Positions 51,200 to 59,874 of a DNA stretch of 64,000 nt are shown one piece after another. Numbering within the stretch: position 1 is the first letter of the stretch; every line of letters begins with the position of its first letter. Source of the DNA: Planctomycetota bacterium (lineage in GTDB: Bacteria > Planctomycetota > UBA1135 > UBA2386). The stretch covers positions 1 to 64,000 of the forward strand of contig CANMWZ010000014.1 in assembly GCA_947501605.1 (NCBI GenBank), given 5' to 3'. Both the position numbers and the translations under genes were made by a program. The notes beneath the pieces were generated by a model that saw nothing but the letters and a program-made list of their open reading frames with translations, was not told the DNA's origin and searched no databases.

Positions 51200-52171
51200 A
51201 TGCGCACGCTCTGGTTCGCCTGCCGCCAAAGCCTACTCTGGGCGCTGCCCGCGACTGCGCTCGCCCTTGCCGTGCTCTGGATCGGGGTGGCGACCACCGG
51301 GACGGGGACACCTTGGTTGCACGTAGCAGCGTTCCTGCCGGTCGTGGCCAGCAGCCTCTCGGCGGTCGCCTTCTGGCCGCCATTCGCAACGGATGCGCGC
51401 GGTGCCGAGCTCGTTCGCCGCACCACCAAGGGCCCGCTGCACGGCATGCCGACGGCGACCCTGGGTGCCCTGCTCGCAGCCGCAGCGTGCCTCTTGCTGC
51501 TGGCGGTGGCGGCGAGCCCGCTCGTGCCGGAGCCCCGCGCCCACCATCGGTTGCGGGCGCACGAACGCCCCTTGCTCGACGACGGCCGAATCGAACTCTC
51601 CTTTGCGCTGCCCGAGGACTGCGTCGAGCTACAACTCCGCCCCGTCGTACTGATGCCGCGCGCGGCCCCCGAAGCCACGAGCCTGCAGATCGCGATCGAC
51701 GGCAAGGAGCTTGCGGCCGGACCAGTGATGATCTTCGGCGATCGGCAGCTCGTGCGCGTGCCGCTCGAACGAGGCTCCGGGACGACCGTCGCGCTGCGGC
51801 GGATTTCCGGCAACCTGCCGCTGTGGTTCGATGCTGCCGCGGTGCTAGCCGTCGACGACAGTGGCCCCCCTCGCCTACTCGGTTGCGCGCTGGCGTTTTC
51901 GGTCTGGTTGCTACCGCTCTGGGTCACGCTCGGAACGGCGATGTTGCTGTCGCGATGGCTGCGGCAGCCAATGGCCCTGGTGGTGGCGGGCGTGGCACTG
52001 GTACTTCAGTCGCTGGGTCAAGTTGGCCCGGCAACTGCGGCTGTCACGCTGTGCGCACGCGGGCACTGGCTGCTGACTGAGCCGATATTCTGGCCGTGCA
52101 TCACTTCCCTCGGTGCCGGTGTCGCGGCGATGATCGCCGCAATGGCACTTCGCGCAGAGCACCGGCGGTGA
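51200..52171 (+). CDS. Divergent ABC permease-like membrane protein with inserted extracytoplasmic domain
   Basis: Three N-terminal and three C-terminal TM segments; lies 3 nt after the ABC ATPase. Confidence 0.55.
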   Translation: MRTLWFACRQSLLWALPATALALAVLWIGVATTGTGTPWLHVAAFLPVVASSLSAVAFWPPFATDARGAELVRRTTKGPLHGMPTATLGALLAAAACLLLLAVAASPLVPEPRAHHRLRAHERPLLDDGRIELSFALPEDCVELQLRPVVLMPRAAPEATSLQIAIDGKELAAGPVMIFGDRQLVRVPLERGSGTTVALRRISGNLPLWFDAAAVLAVDDSGPPRLLGCALAFSVWLLPLWVTLGTAMLLSRWLRQPMALVVAGVALVLQSLGQVGPATAAVTLCARGHWLLTEPIFWPCITSLGAGVAAMIAAMALRAEHRR

Positions 52172-52941
52172 GGCAACTCGCACCGGTCGTGACCCTCTGT
52201 CTGTTCGGCGCGGCATACGCGCTGGGCGGCGAGGCCAAAGCGGTCGAAGACTCGATTGCGGCGCTGGTGCGCCCACTGACGCTGCCGTTTCTGTGGCGAT
52301 CGCTCGCGGACGCCACTGCTCATGGCGATCCACGCGAGGCCTGGGAGGCGGCGCAACTGCTGCTCGAAGCGACGCCGGGCTGGGCCGACGGTCACACCGT
52401 GTTCGCCTTTCGCTACGCGCTGGACGGCGGTGACGCCGTCTTGCCGAAGGCGGCGCGCGAAGTCGCCGCCTTCGACCGTCTGCGCCTTTCGCTGCGCCTG
52501 CTCGAAGACGCCCGCGCCGAATGTGGCAAGCGGGAGCCTCAAGTGTTGTCCGACATGGCCTGGCTGGTCGAACTCGCGGTGCGCAACGAACCAGGCATCG
52601 CCGCACACCTAGGCACCGACCCTGCGGTGCTGGCCGATCGCTATCTCGAGCAAGCTGAGGCACTTGGAGCCGGCCGCATGGTCTTGGAGCAGAGGCTCTA
52701 CGAGGTTCCGCGGTTGTGCGCAGCGTTCTTGCGCGCCGGCGATCGCGAGCGCGCCCTGGCGGTGCTCGACGAGGCCATCCGCCGCGCTGGCCAGCAGCCG
52801 GATCCGGCTCTGGCGCACGAGTGGCGGTCGACCCTGCTGGCAGTCCGCGGCGATTTGCGCGGCGACGGCGAGGATGCCGCCGGGCGCGAACTTCGGAAAG
52901 CCGATGCGCGGCTGCAACCCCTGGCCCCGTTCCTCCGATAG
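52168..52941 (+). CDS. Helical (TPR-like) exported protein associated with the ABC transporter
   Basis: GTGA overlap; hydrophobic N-terminus; alpha-helical repeats. Confidence 0.5.
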   Translation: MRQLAPVVTLCLFGAAYALGGEAKAVEDSIAALVRPLTLPFLWRSLADATAHGDPREAWEAAQLLLEATPGWADGHTVFAFRYALDGGDAVLPKAAREVAAFDRLRLSLRLLEDARAECGKREPQVLSDMAWLVELAVRNEPGIAAHLGTDPAVLADRYLEQAEALGAGRMVLEQRLYEVPRLCAAFLRAGDRERALAVLDEAIRRAGQQPDPALAHEWRSTLLAVRGDLRGDGEDAAGRELRKADARLQPLAPFLR

Positions 52942-52959
52942 CCAAAGCAGCACCGGGCC

Positions 52960-53745
52960 ATGTTCGACAGCCTCGTAGAGACCATCGCCGAGTATCCGTA
53001 CATCGGCATCGCCATGGTCTTCGCGATCTGCGCGATCGGCTTGCCGCTGCCCGAGGAGCTGGTGCTGATCGCTGCTGGCTACGTATGCGCGAAGTTCCCC
53101 GAGAAGGCATCGCTGCACTGGATGATGATCTGGTGCGCAACCTCGATCGTCAGTTTCGACCTCGTGCCCTATCTGCTGGGTCGGGTCTTCGGGGCGCGGT
53201 TGCTGCGCATTCGCTGGTTGCGCGTCATCGTCACGCGACGGCGGCTGGCTGACTTCGACCGCTGGTTCCGCAAACGCGGCGACTTGGTCATCTTCTTTGC
53301 ACGCTTTCTCGCCGGCATTCGCACGATTGCGTTCTTCACTGCCGGCGTGATGAAGATGCCAGCGCAGCGATTCCTGCTGCTCGACGGCCTCGGCATCACG
53401 ATCATCGTCCCGCTGATGATCTGGATCGGCCACCGCGGCGCCGGCGTCATCGATGTGGTGATCGAACGGGTCCAAGCGGTCGAACGCGGCTTGGTGTGGA
53501 CGATCCTTGGGGCAGCCGTGGTGCTGGGGGTCTGGTGGCTCGGGCGCCGCCGCGCCCGACGCCGCGCCAGCGCGGAAGGCCCGACGGAGACGTTTGTCGA
53601 GCCGCAATTGCCGGTGCAAAGAGACATCATCGACCTGCCGCCGATGGCAAATGCCGAAGCCGTCGAGCCGGCGGCGGTGGACATCGAGAGGCGCCCAGAG
53701 GGCACCACGCCCGACGACAGCGCGCCGGCTTCGCACAAACCCTGA
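52960..53745 (+). CDS. DedA family membrane protein
   Basis: GLPLPEE..LI.AG, Y.LGR.FG, FFARF..G.R...F.AG..M...F. Confidence 0.9.
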   Translation: MFDSLVETIAEYPYIGIAMVFAICAIGLPLPEELVLIAAGYVCAKFPEKASLHWMMIWCATSIVSFDLVPYLLGRVFGARLLRIRWLRVIVTRRRLADFDRWFRKRGDLVIFFARFLAGIRTIAFFTAGVMKMPAQRFLLLDGLGITIIVPLMIWIGHRGAGVIDVVIERVQAVERGLVWTILGAAVVLGVWWLGRRRARRRASAEGPTETFVEPQLPVQRDIIDLPPMANAEAVEPAAVDIERRPEGTTPDDSAPASHKP

Positions 53746-53853
53746 CGCCGAGCGGATGCAGGGGCTCGGATCCTTGCCCCCGAACGACCTCGGCGGCTAT
53801 GGTGCTGGCCCCTTTTGCCGCCGGATCGTCCCCCGGCCCTTCACGATCACTCC

Positions 53854-55965
53854 ATGTACGTCCTTTGGAACGTCCTGTCGCTCGCCATTGCTGTGGCGAG
53901 CATTTTCTACGCGGTATCCCTGTTCAAGCAGATCATGACCAAGGATCCCGGTGATGAGGTGATGCAAAAGATCGCCCGCGCCGTGCAAGAGGGTGGCCGC
54001 GCGTTCCTTCACGCCGAATACAAGTGGCTAGCGGTCTTCGTGGCGGTGGTCTTCGCCCTGCTCTGCTTGGGTAGCGAAGCGAGCTTCCTCGGCTGGAAGA
54101 CGGCCATCGCATTTCTGATGGGTTCGGTCGCTTCCGCCGGTGCCGGCTACTTCGGCATGCACTGCGCCACGCGCGCGGCCGTACGCACGACGCAGGCGGC
54201 AAAGACCAGCCTCGGCGCTGCGCTCGACGTGGCGTTCAAGTCGGGCACGGTCATGGGCATGACGGTCGTCGGTCTCGGGCTGATGGGCATCACGGTGCTG
54301 ATGCTGGCCTACCGCGGAGACATGGCGAACAACGCGCCCAACTTCGTCAACTACGTGCTCGGCTTCAGCTTCGGCGCCAGCTCGATCGCACTGTTTGCCC
54401 GCGTCGGTGGCGGCATCTACACCAAGGCGGCGGACGTCGGCGGCGACCTCGTCGGCAAGGTCGAGGCCGGCATCCCCGAGGACGATCCGCGCAACCCGGC
54501 GGTCATCGCCGACAACGTCGGTGACAACGTCGGCGACGTCGCCGGCATGGGCGCGGACCTGTTCGAGAGCTACGTCGGCGCGATCATCTCGACCTCCATC
54601 ATCGGCTTCGGCCTGGTCCCGGTGGGGCTCGAAGGCGACGCGCAGATCGCCGCCATGACCAACCTGCTGATGTACCCAATCGTGCTGTCGGCACTGGGCA
54701 TCATCGCGAGCTTCTACGGCACGTTCCGCGTCAAGGTAACGGACGAAAGCAAGCTGTCGGCAGCGCTGTTCGGCGGCCTGATCGCGGCCTCGGGTGCATT
54801 GATCGTCGGTGGCGCTCTGGTCACCTGGGTGATGAAGCCGCAGCCGGCAATCGTGGACGCCGTAGGCACGTCGACTGCGGTGTTCTACGGCGAGTGGAGC
54901 GTCTACCTCGCGATGGTGATCGGCCTCGTGGTCGGCGTGATCATCGGCAAGGTCACGGAGTACTACACGTCGGAGAAGATGGCGCCGGCGCAGATGATTG
55001 CCGAGCAGTCGAAGACCGGCGCGGCGACCAACATCATCTACGGCCTCGCCACTGGCATGGCCTCGACGTGGATCCCGACCGTACTGCTGGCGATCGCGAT
55101 CTACTTCTGCAACATGCTCGCGGGCATCTATGGCATCTGCGTGGCGGCCGTCGGCATGCTGAGCACACTCGGCATCTCGCTCGGCGTCGACGCCTACGGC
55201 CCGGTCGCCGACAACGCCGGCGGTCTTGCCGAGATGTCGCACCAGCCGCCGGAAGTGCGCAAGCGCACCGACATGCTGGACGCCACCGGCAACACCACCG
55301 CCGCGATCGGCAAGGGCTTCGCCATTGGTTCGGCGGCACTGACGGCACTGGCACTGTTCGCGGCCTACAAGGTTGCAGCCTCCCGCATGGAAGGCGGCGT
55401 CAACCTCAGCCTCGACAACGCCGACGTCGTCATGGGCCTGCTGCTCGGTGCGATGCTGCCGTTCGTGTTCTCGTCGATGGCGATGAAGGCCGTCGGCAAG
55501 GCCGCGAACGCGATGGTCGAAGAAGTGCGCCGCCAGTTCCGCGAGATCCCGGGTCTCAAGGACGGCACCGGCACCCAGCCCGCTGACTACGCGCGCTGCG
55601 TCGCGATCTCAACGGAAGGCGCCCTGCGCGAAATGGTCGTCCCCGGCCTCCTCGCCGTCGTCGCCCCGGTCGTCGTCGGCATGATCTTCGGTCGCGCCGC
55701 AGTCGGCGGCCTGCTCGCCGGCTCGACGGCCTCAGGCGTGATGATGGCACTGTTCATGGCCAACGCCGGCGGTGCTTGGGACAACGCGAAGAAGTACATC
55801 GAAGCTGGCCACCTCGGCGGCAAAGGCAGCGACACGCACAAGGCTGCGGTTACCGGCGACACCGTCGGGGACCCCTTCAAGGACACGGCCGGCCCGTCGA
55901 TCAACATCCTGATGAAGTTGATGACGATCGCCTCGCTGCTCGCATTGCCACTGTTCAAGGCCTGA
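53854..55965 (+). CDS. hppA: Membrane-integral pyrophosphatase, K+-dependent (probably Na+-translocating)
   Basis: GGGIYTKAADVGGDLVGKVE, EDDPRNP, DNVGDNVGD, GNTTAAIGKG (Ala = K+-dependent), GGAWDNAKK, GDTVGDPFKD. Confidence 0.95.
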   Translation: MYVLWNVLSLAIAVASIFYAVSLFKQIMTKDPGDEVMQKIARAVQEGGRAFLHAEYKWLAVFVAVVFALLCLGSEASFLGWKTAIAFLMGSVASAGAGYFGMHCATRAAVRTTQAAKTSLGAALDVAFKSGTVMGMTVVGLGLMGITVLMLAYRGDMANNAPNFVNYVLGFSFGASSIALFARVGGGIYTKAADVGGDLVGKVEAGIPEDDPRNPAVIADNVGDNVGDVAGMGADLFESYVGAIISTSIIGFGLVPVGLEGDAQIAAMTNLLMYPIVLSALGIIASFYGTFRVKVTDESKLSAALFGGLIAASGALIVGGALVTWVMKPQPAIVDAVGTSTAVFYGEWSVYLAMVIGLVVGVIIGKVTEYYTSEKMAPAQMIAEQSKTGAATNIIYGLATGMASTWIPTVLLAIAIYFCNMLAGIYGICVAAVGMLSTLGISLGVDAYGPVADNAGGLAEMSHQPPEVRKRTDMLDATGNTTAAIGKGFAIGSAALTALALFAAYKVAASRMEGGVNLSLDNADVVMGLLLGAMLPFVFSSMAMKAVGKAANAMVEEVRRQFREIPGLKDGTGTQPADYARCVAISTEGALREMVVPGLLAVVAPVVVGMIFGRAAVGGLLAGSTASGVMMALFMANAGGAWDNAKKYIEAGHLGGKGSDTHKAAVTGDTVGDPFKDTAGPSINILMKLMTIASLLALPLFKA

Positions 55966-56032
55966 CGCCAGCGGCGGACACCGCCCTGGTAGCCACCCCT
56001 CCGGTGCGCCGTACGCGCGACGACTGTCCGGC

Positions 56033-56130
56033 GCGCGCACGCACCGGCCCCTCGCGCGCACGCACCGGGCCTCGCGCGGGCGCACCGGGCCTCGCGCGGG
56101 CGCACCGGGCCTCGCGCGGGCGCACCGGGG
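56033..56130. repeat. 20-bp tandem repeat, about 5 copies (CGCACCGGGCCTCGCGCGGG)
   Basis: Read directly between hppA and rsfS; upstream copies are degenerate. Confidence 0.9.
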
Positions 56131-56348
56131 CGAGACCGCAGCGCCGTCGTCTTTCGCGCCTGGTTCGCGGAACGGACCCGTGGGGGCTTACGCCGCGTGA
56201 GGCGTCCGATACATTCACGCCAACTTGTTCGCCCCGCAGCGCGCCCTTTCTAGCGTGCGCCGCCCCAGTAGCCTCCTACCGACCCACTGCGCCTTTGAGT
56301 TCACGACCTGCTCCCGAGCCCGTCCCCGCAACCACCTCTTCTCGAACG

Positions 56349-56804
56349 GTGCACACGCCAAAGGCAGCGACCACGGACTTCGCCCGCCAACTGGCGGCTT
56401 CGCTGGCCGAGAAGCAAGGCGAGGAGATCGCCATCATCGATGTGCACAGCGCGCTCGCCATCGTCGACTACTTCGTGATCGCAACGGTGCGGAGCACGCG
56501 GCAGGCACAGGCTCTCGCCAAGGAGCTGGACCAAGAGGTCAAGCACTCGCGCGGCCGGCGCAAGCACAACCAGGGCGGCATGGAGACGGATGACAGCAAC
56601 TGGGTGTTGCTCGACTTCGACGAAGTCGTCGTTCACCTGTTCTTGCCAGAAGCGCGCACCTACTACGCCATCGAGAGCCTGTTTGCCGATGCGCCGCGCA
56701 TTGAGGCACCCGTTGCGACGACACGCCCAGTCGAAGCCGCTCCAGTGCTGAAGCCCATCCGCCGCCGACTACGGCTGTCACCGCCGGCGGACGACGCCAA
56801 ATAG
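56349..56804 (+). CDS. rsfS: Ribosome silencing factor RsfS (Iojap)
   Basis: EK.GE.I..IDV, DYFVIAT, WVLLDF.EVVVH.F..EAR.YY.IE.L. Confidence 0.9.
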   Translation: MHTPKAATTDFARQLAASLAEKQGEEIAIIDVHSALAIVDYFVIATVRSTRQAQALAKELDQEVKHSRGRRKHNQGGMETDDSNWVLLDFDEVVVHLFLPEARTYYAIESLFADAPRIEAPVATTRPVEAAPVLKPIRRRLRLSPPADDAK

Positions 56805-56923
56805 GTCCAGGCGGTTCAGCGCCACCGAGACTCCGGTCGATGATCGTGGCAGCCTCGACCGCTTCCAGCAGTAGAATTGCGCCTCTCGCCAATCTACGAG
56901 CGTGACCGAGAAGCGGCGCTGAC

Positions 56924-58690
56924 ATGACCGACCCCATCGCTTGGCTGGAGTTCGCGCCCGACGCACTGAAGCGCGCAAAAGAGGCAGACTGTCCAGTGGT
57001 CATGCTGCTCACGGTTCCGTGGTGCAGTCACTGCAAGGAACTGCTGCAGACCACCTTCGGCGATGCCCAGATCGCGACCACGATCCGCGACGCGTTCGTG
57101 GCCGTGCACGTCGACGCGGAGCGCCGACCCGACGTCAACGAGCGCTACGGCACCGGCAGCTGGCCCACGATTGCCTATCTCACGCCGGATGGCGAGCTGA
57201 TCACCAACGACAGCTACCTCCTGCCAGCGGAGTTGCTCCAGCGCCTCCAGCGCGTCCGGACCGTCTGGCGCGATCAGCGCAACGAACTGCAGAAGGGCCT
57301 GCAAGAGCTCTGGAGCCACAAGAACCACCCGCAGGTGCGCAGCGGTCGATTGACGCAGCAAATGGTCGACGACGTTGCTGCGGCCATCTACGAGAAGCTC
57401 GACCATCGCTACGGCGGCTGGGGAACTGGCGCCAAGTTTCCGCACGCGGAAGCGCTCGACTTTGCCCTCGTGCAGTGGCAGAAGCGGGGCGACGAGAACA
57501 TGCGCGAAGTCGTCACGCTGACGCTCGATCGCATGCAGGACAGCGCACTGCACGACACGGTCGACGGCGGGTTCTTCCGCTTCTCGAAGACGCCAGACTG
57601 GCGCAGCCCGAACTTCGAGAAGCTGCTCGACGTCAACGTCCGGATCCTCCGCGCCTACCTAGAGGCCTATCAGGTCTTCGGCACAGCGAGCTATCGCACG
57701 ACGGCCGAAGGCATCGTCCGCTGGATGCTGACGTTCTTGCAGGAGCCCACGACCAAGGCGTTCCATGGCAGCCAGGACGCAGACGCCGACTACTACAACC
57801 TCGACGCCGAGGGGCGACGTCGCCGCGCACCGCCGTCCGTCGACCGAACGATTCACTGCCACGCCAACGCGATGGCGGTGTCGGGCCTGCTCAAGGCCTC
57901 GGTCGTGCTGTCGCGACCTGAGTGGTGCGAAGCGGCGCTCTCGGTCCTCCAGTTCTTGCGCACCGAGCTGTTCGACGGTCGCGACGTCTTCCACTACTGG
58001 GACGGCACCTACCACTTGCCGGGCATGTTGGCGGACCAGGCCTACCTGATCCGAGCGTTCATCGATGCCAGCCAACTCACCGGCGACGCCGACCTGTTGC
58101 TGCCGGCCGAGGCCATCGCCGAACAGGTCATTGCGCGGCAGAAGGCACCTGGCGGTGGCTTCTACGACATCCTCAACGACCCGCGGCAGAGCGGCTCGAT
58201 GCGGCGGCGCAATCGCTCGATCCTCGAGAACTCGGTGATGGCGGAAGCGCTGGTGCGCCTCTCGTATCTGTCGCGCCGCCCCGAGTTCCATGCCGAGGCC
58301 ATCGCGACGCTCGAAGCGTTCGCCACCGACTACAAGGAGTACGGCTACTACGTGGCCGGCTTCGGTCGGGCCGTCGACCTCGTGTTCTACGAGCCTCTGG
58401 TGCTGACGATCGTGGGCGATCGCGACTCGGCGGCGGCGCAGACCCTGCGCTCGACGGCACTGTCGCGCTATGTGCCATCGCGCATGGTGCAGATGCTTGA
58501 CCCGCGCTTCGACCCGATCCTGATCGGCCGTTCCGGCTACAAGGTCGAGGACCAACCCGTGGTCTACGTCACCCTCGGCAAGTCGACGCGGCAGACGGTG
58601 CGCACGCCCGGGGAACTGCTTCAGGCCCTCGAGCAGATCGCCTGGGAACGCCGCGGTCGTTCGCAGCGAACGCGCGGCCCCAATACGTAG
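56924..58690 (+). CDS. YyaL/SSP411-like thioredoxin (DUF255) plus alpha/alpha-toroid protein
   Basis: WCSHC, VD.ERRPDV..RY, WPT..LTPDG, GGWG..AKFP, D.VDGGFFR, PNFEK.L, SQDAD. Confidence 0.88.
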   Translation: MTDPIAWLEFAPDALKRAKEADCPVVMLLTVPWCSHCKELLQTTFGDAQIATTIRDAFVAVHVDAERRPDVNERYGTGSWPTIAYLTPDGELITNDSYLLPAELLQRLQRVRTVWRDQRNELQKGLQELWSHKNHPQVRSGRLTQQMVDDVAAAIYEKLDHRYGGWGTGAKFPHAEALDFALVQWQKRGDENMREVVTLTLDRMQDSALHDTVDGGFFRFSKTPDWRSPNFEKLLDVNVRILRAYLEAYQVFGTASYRTTAEGIVRWMLTFLQEPTTKAFHGSQDADADYYNLDAEGRRRRAPPSVDRTIHCHANAMAVSGLLKASVVLSRPEWCEAALSVLQFLRTELFDGRDVFHYWDGTYHLPGMLADQAYLIRAFIDASQLTGDADLLLPAEAIAEQVIARQKAPGGGFYDILNDPRQSGSMRRRNRSILENSVMAEALVRLSYLSRRPEFHAEAIATLEAFATDYKEYGYYVAGFGRAVDLVFYEPLVLTIVGDRDSAAAQTLRSTALSRYVPSRMVQMLDPRFDPILIGRSGYKVEDQPVVYVTLGKSTRQTVRTPGELLQALEQIAWERRGRSQRTRGPNT

Positions 58691-58741
58691 GAGCCCATTA
58701 CGTAGGAGCCCAGTACGTGGGAGCCCATTACGGAGAAGCCC
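58679..58741. repeat. 15-bp tandem repeat x4 (CCCA[ATG]TACGTAGGAG) starting across the stop codon of the YyaL-like gene
   Basis: Copies at 58679, 58694, 58709 and 58724 with progressive decay. Confidence 0.9.
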
Positions 58742-58771
58742 GTAGCGACGGGCAACCGAGAGGGGCCGCAG

Positions 58772-59128
58772 TCAGACGTCGACCAGGACTTCAAAGCCGC
58801 CATACGACATCCGCGTGTAGTCGAACGGGGCTTTGCCGGTCATCAGCTTGGCGATACGCGGGTCCTTCATGACCTTGGCGTTGACGCGATCGCGCTGTGT
58901 TCTGGAGCGATAGACGATCCACGAGAACACTGCACACTCGCCCTTCTTCAGTTCCACGCGGTCTGCGAACGAGATGCCCAGCTTGACCGAGAGGTCCTCG
59001 CCAACGCATTCGAGATACTCAAGCGCGCCGTGCTCCTTCCAGACCTTGCCGGCCTTCTTGGCAATTGCCGCATAGGCCTTGAGGTTCTTCTTCGGGACCA
59101 CGAGCAGGAAGCCGTCGACGTAGCGCAT
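58772..59128 (-). CDS. DUF1428 (YbaA-like) protein
   Basis: YVDGF...VP, A..VW.EHGAL.Y.EC, VFSWI.Y, VM.DPR, PFD..RM.YGGF. Confidence 0.92.
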   Translation of the reverse strand: MRYVDGFLLVVPKKNLKAYAAIAKKAGKVWKEHGALEYLECVGEDLSVKLGISFADRVELKKGECAVFSWIVYRSRTQRDRVNAKVMKDPRIAKLMTGKAPFDYTRMSYGGFEVLVDV

Positions 59129-59214
59129 CGCTAGATCCTTCAGTGGGAATGGGGTCGGAAAGGTACCAGGTGCCGACTTCGATCACCGCCACTACAGGAG
59201 CGCGGCGCCTTGAG

Positions 59215-59667
59215 TCAGAACCACTCGGGCGCTTGCTCCGACGGCAGCCCCATCGCCTGCATGATCAGCGCGGAGATGTACTCCGGGTCGATCGCAAACT
59301 CCTTCAGGGTCTCGTAGCACGACCCGGACTTGACCGACATCAGCGCCAGTGCAATGTGCTCGGGCTCGACGATCTTGCTGCCCAGCTGTTGGGCGGCGTC
59401 GCGCGCGCGAGCGAACACAGTGTGCACGTGCCGATTGAACGGACCGTTGGGCACTTCGGGCTCTCGCGGGAGCGTCTTCACGTAGCCCGAGAACATCTCA
59501 GGGTCGACGTTCAGATCCTGGAAGATGTGATGCAGGCACACGCTCTTGTCCACGGTCAACCCGTAGATGATGTGGCCTGTGGCGACCGACTCGTCGCCAA
59601 GCAACTTGGCGAGCGCCTCGGCTTGCTTGACAGCGGCGACTGTCTTGATGGCGAAGTCCTCGAACAT
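59215..59667 (-). CDS. Stand-alone double Clp-N domain protein
   Basis: MFE.F...A...A..LG...V.T.HI..GL plus second repeat A...A..LG...V.PEHI.LAL; no AAA+ domain. Confidence 0.85.
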   Translation of the reverse strand: MFEDFAIKTVAAVKQAEALAKLLGDESVATGHIIYGLTVDKSVCLHHIFQDLNVDPEMFSGYVKTLPREPEVPNGPFNRHVHTVFARARDAAQQLGSKIVEPEHIALALMSVKSGSCYETLKEFAIDPEYISALIMQAMGLPSEQAPEWF

Positions 59668-59874
59668 CGGGGGGGGGAATCTAGCGACCACGCCGCCGCT
59701 GACCAGTCGCTGCTGCGGATTCCGGAATCTAACCGCGGATGAACGCCGGCATGCCCCCCCCCAGAAACGGCGCAGCCCGCGGCGACTCGAGGGCGCCTCG
59801 GGCTGGACTCTGCGGGCTGGGCTCCTCGGGCTGGGCTCCTGGTCGGGTTCAGCCGGCCGAGACCGGATGGCGGC

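Noticed and set aside
55776..56348. Long N-terminal extension of RsfS in the ORF track
   Set aside because: It runs through hppA and the 20-bp VNTR; RsfS homology begins only near 56349.
58679..58741. Short repeat arrays as a possible CRISPR
   Set aside because: Units are contiguous without unique spacers, 14-36 bp with few copies, and no cas genes are present.
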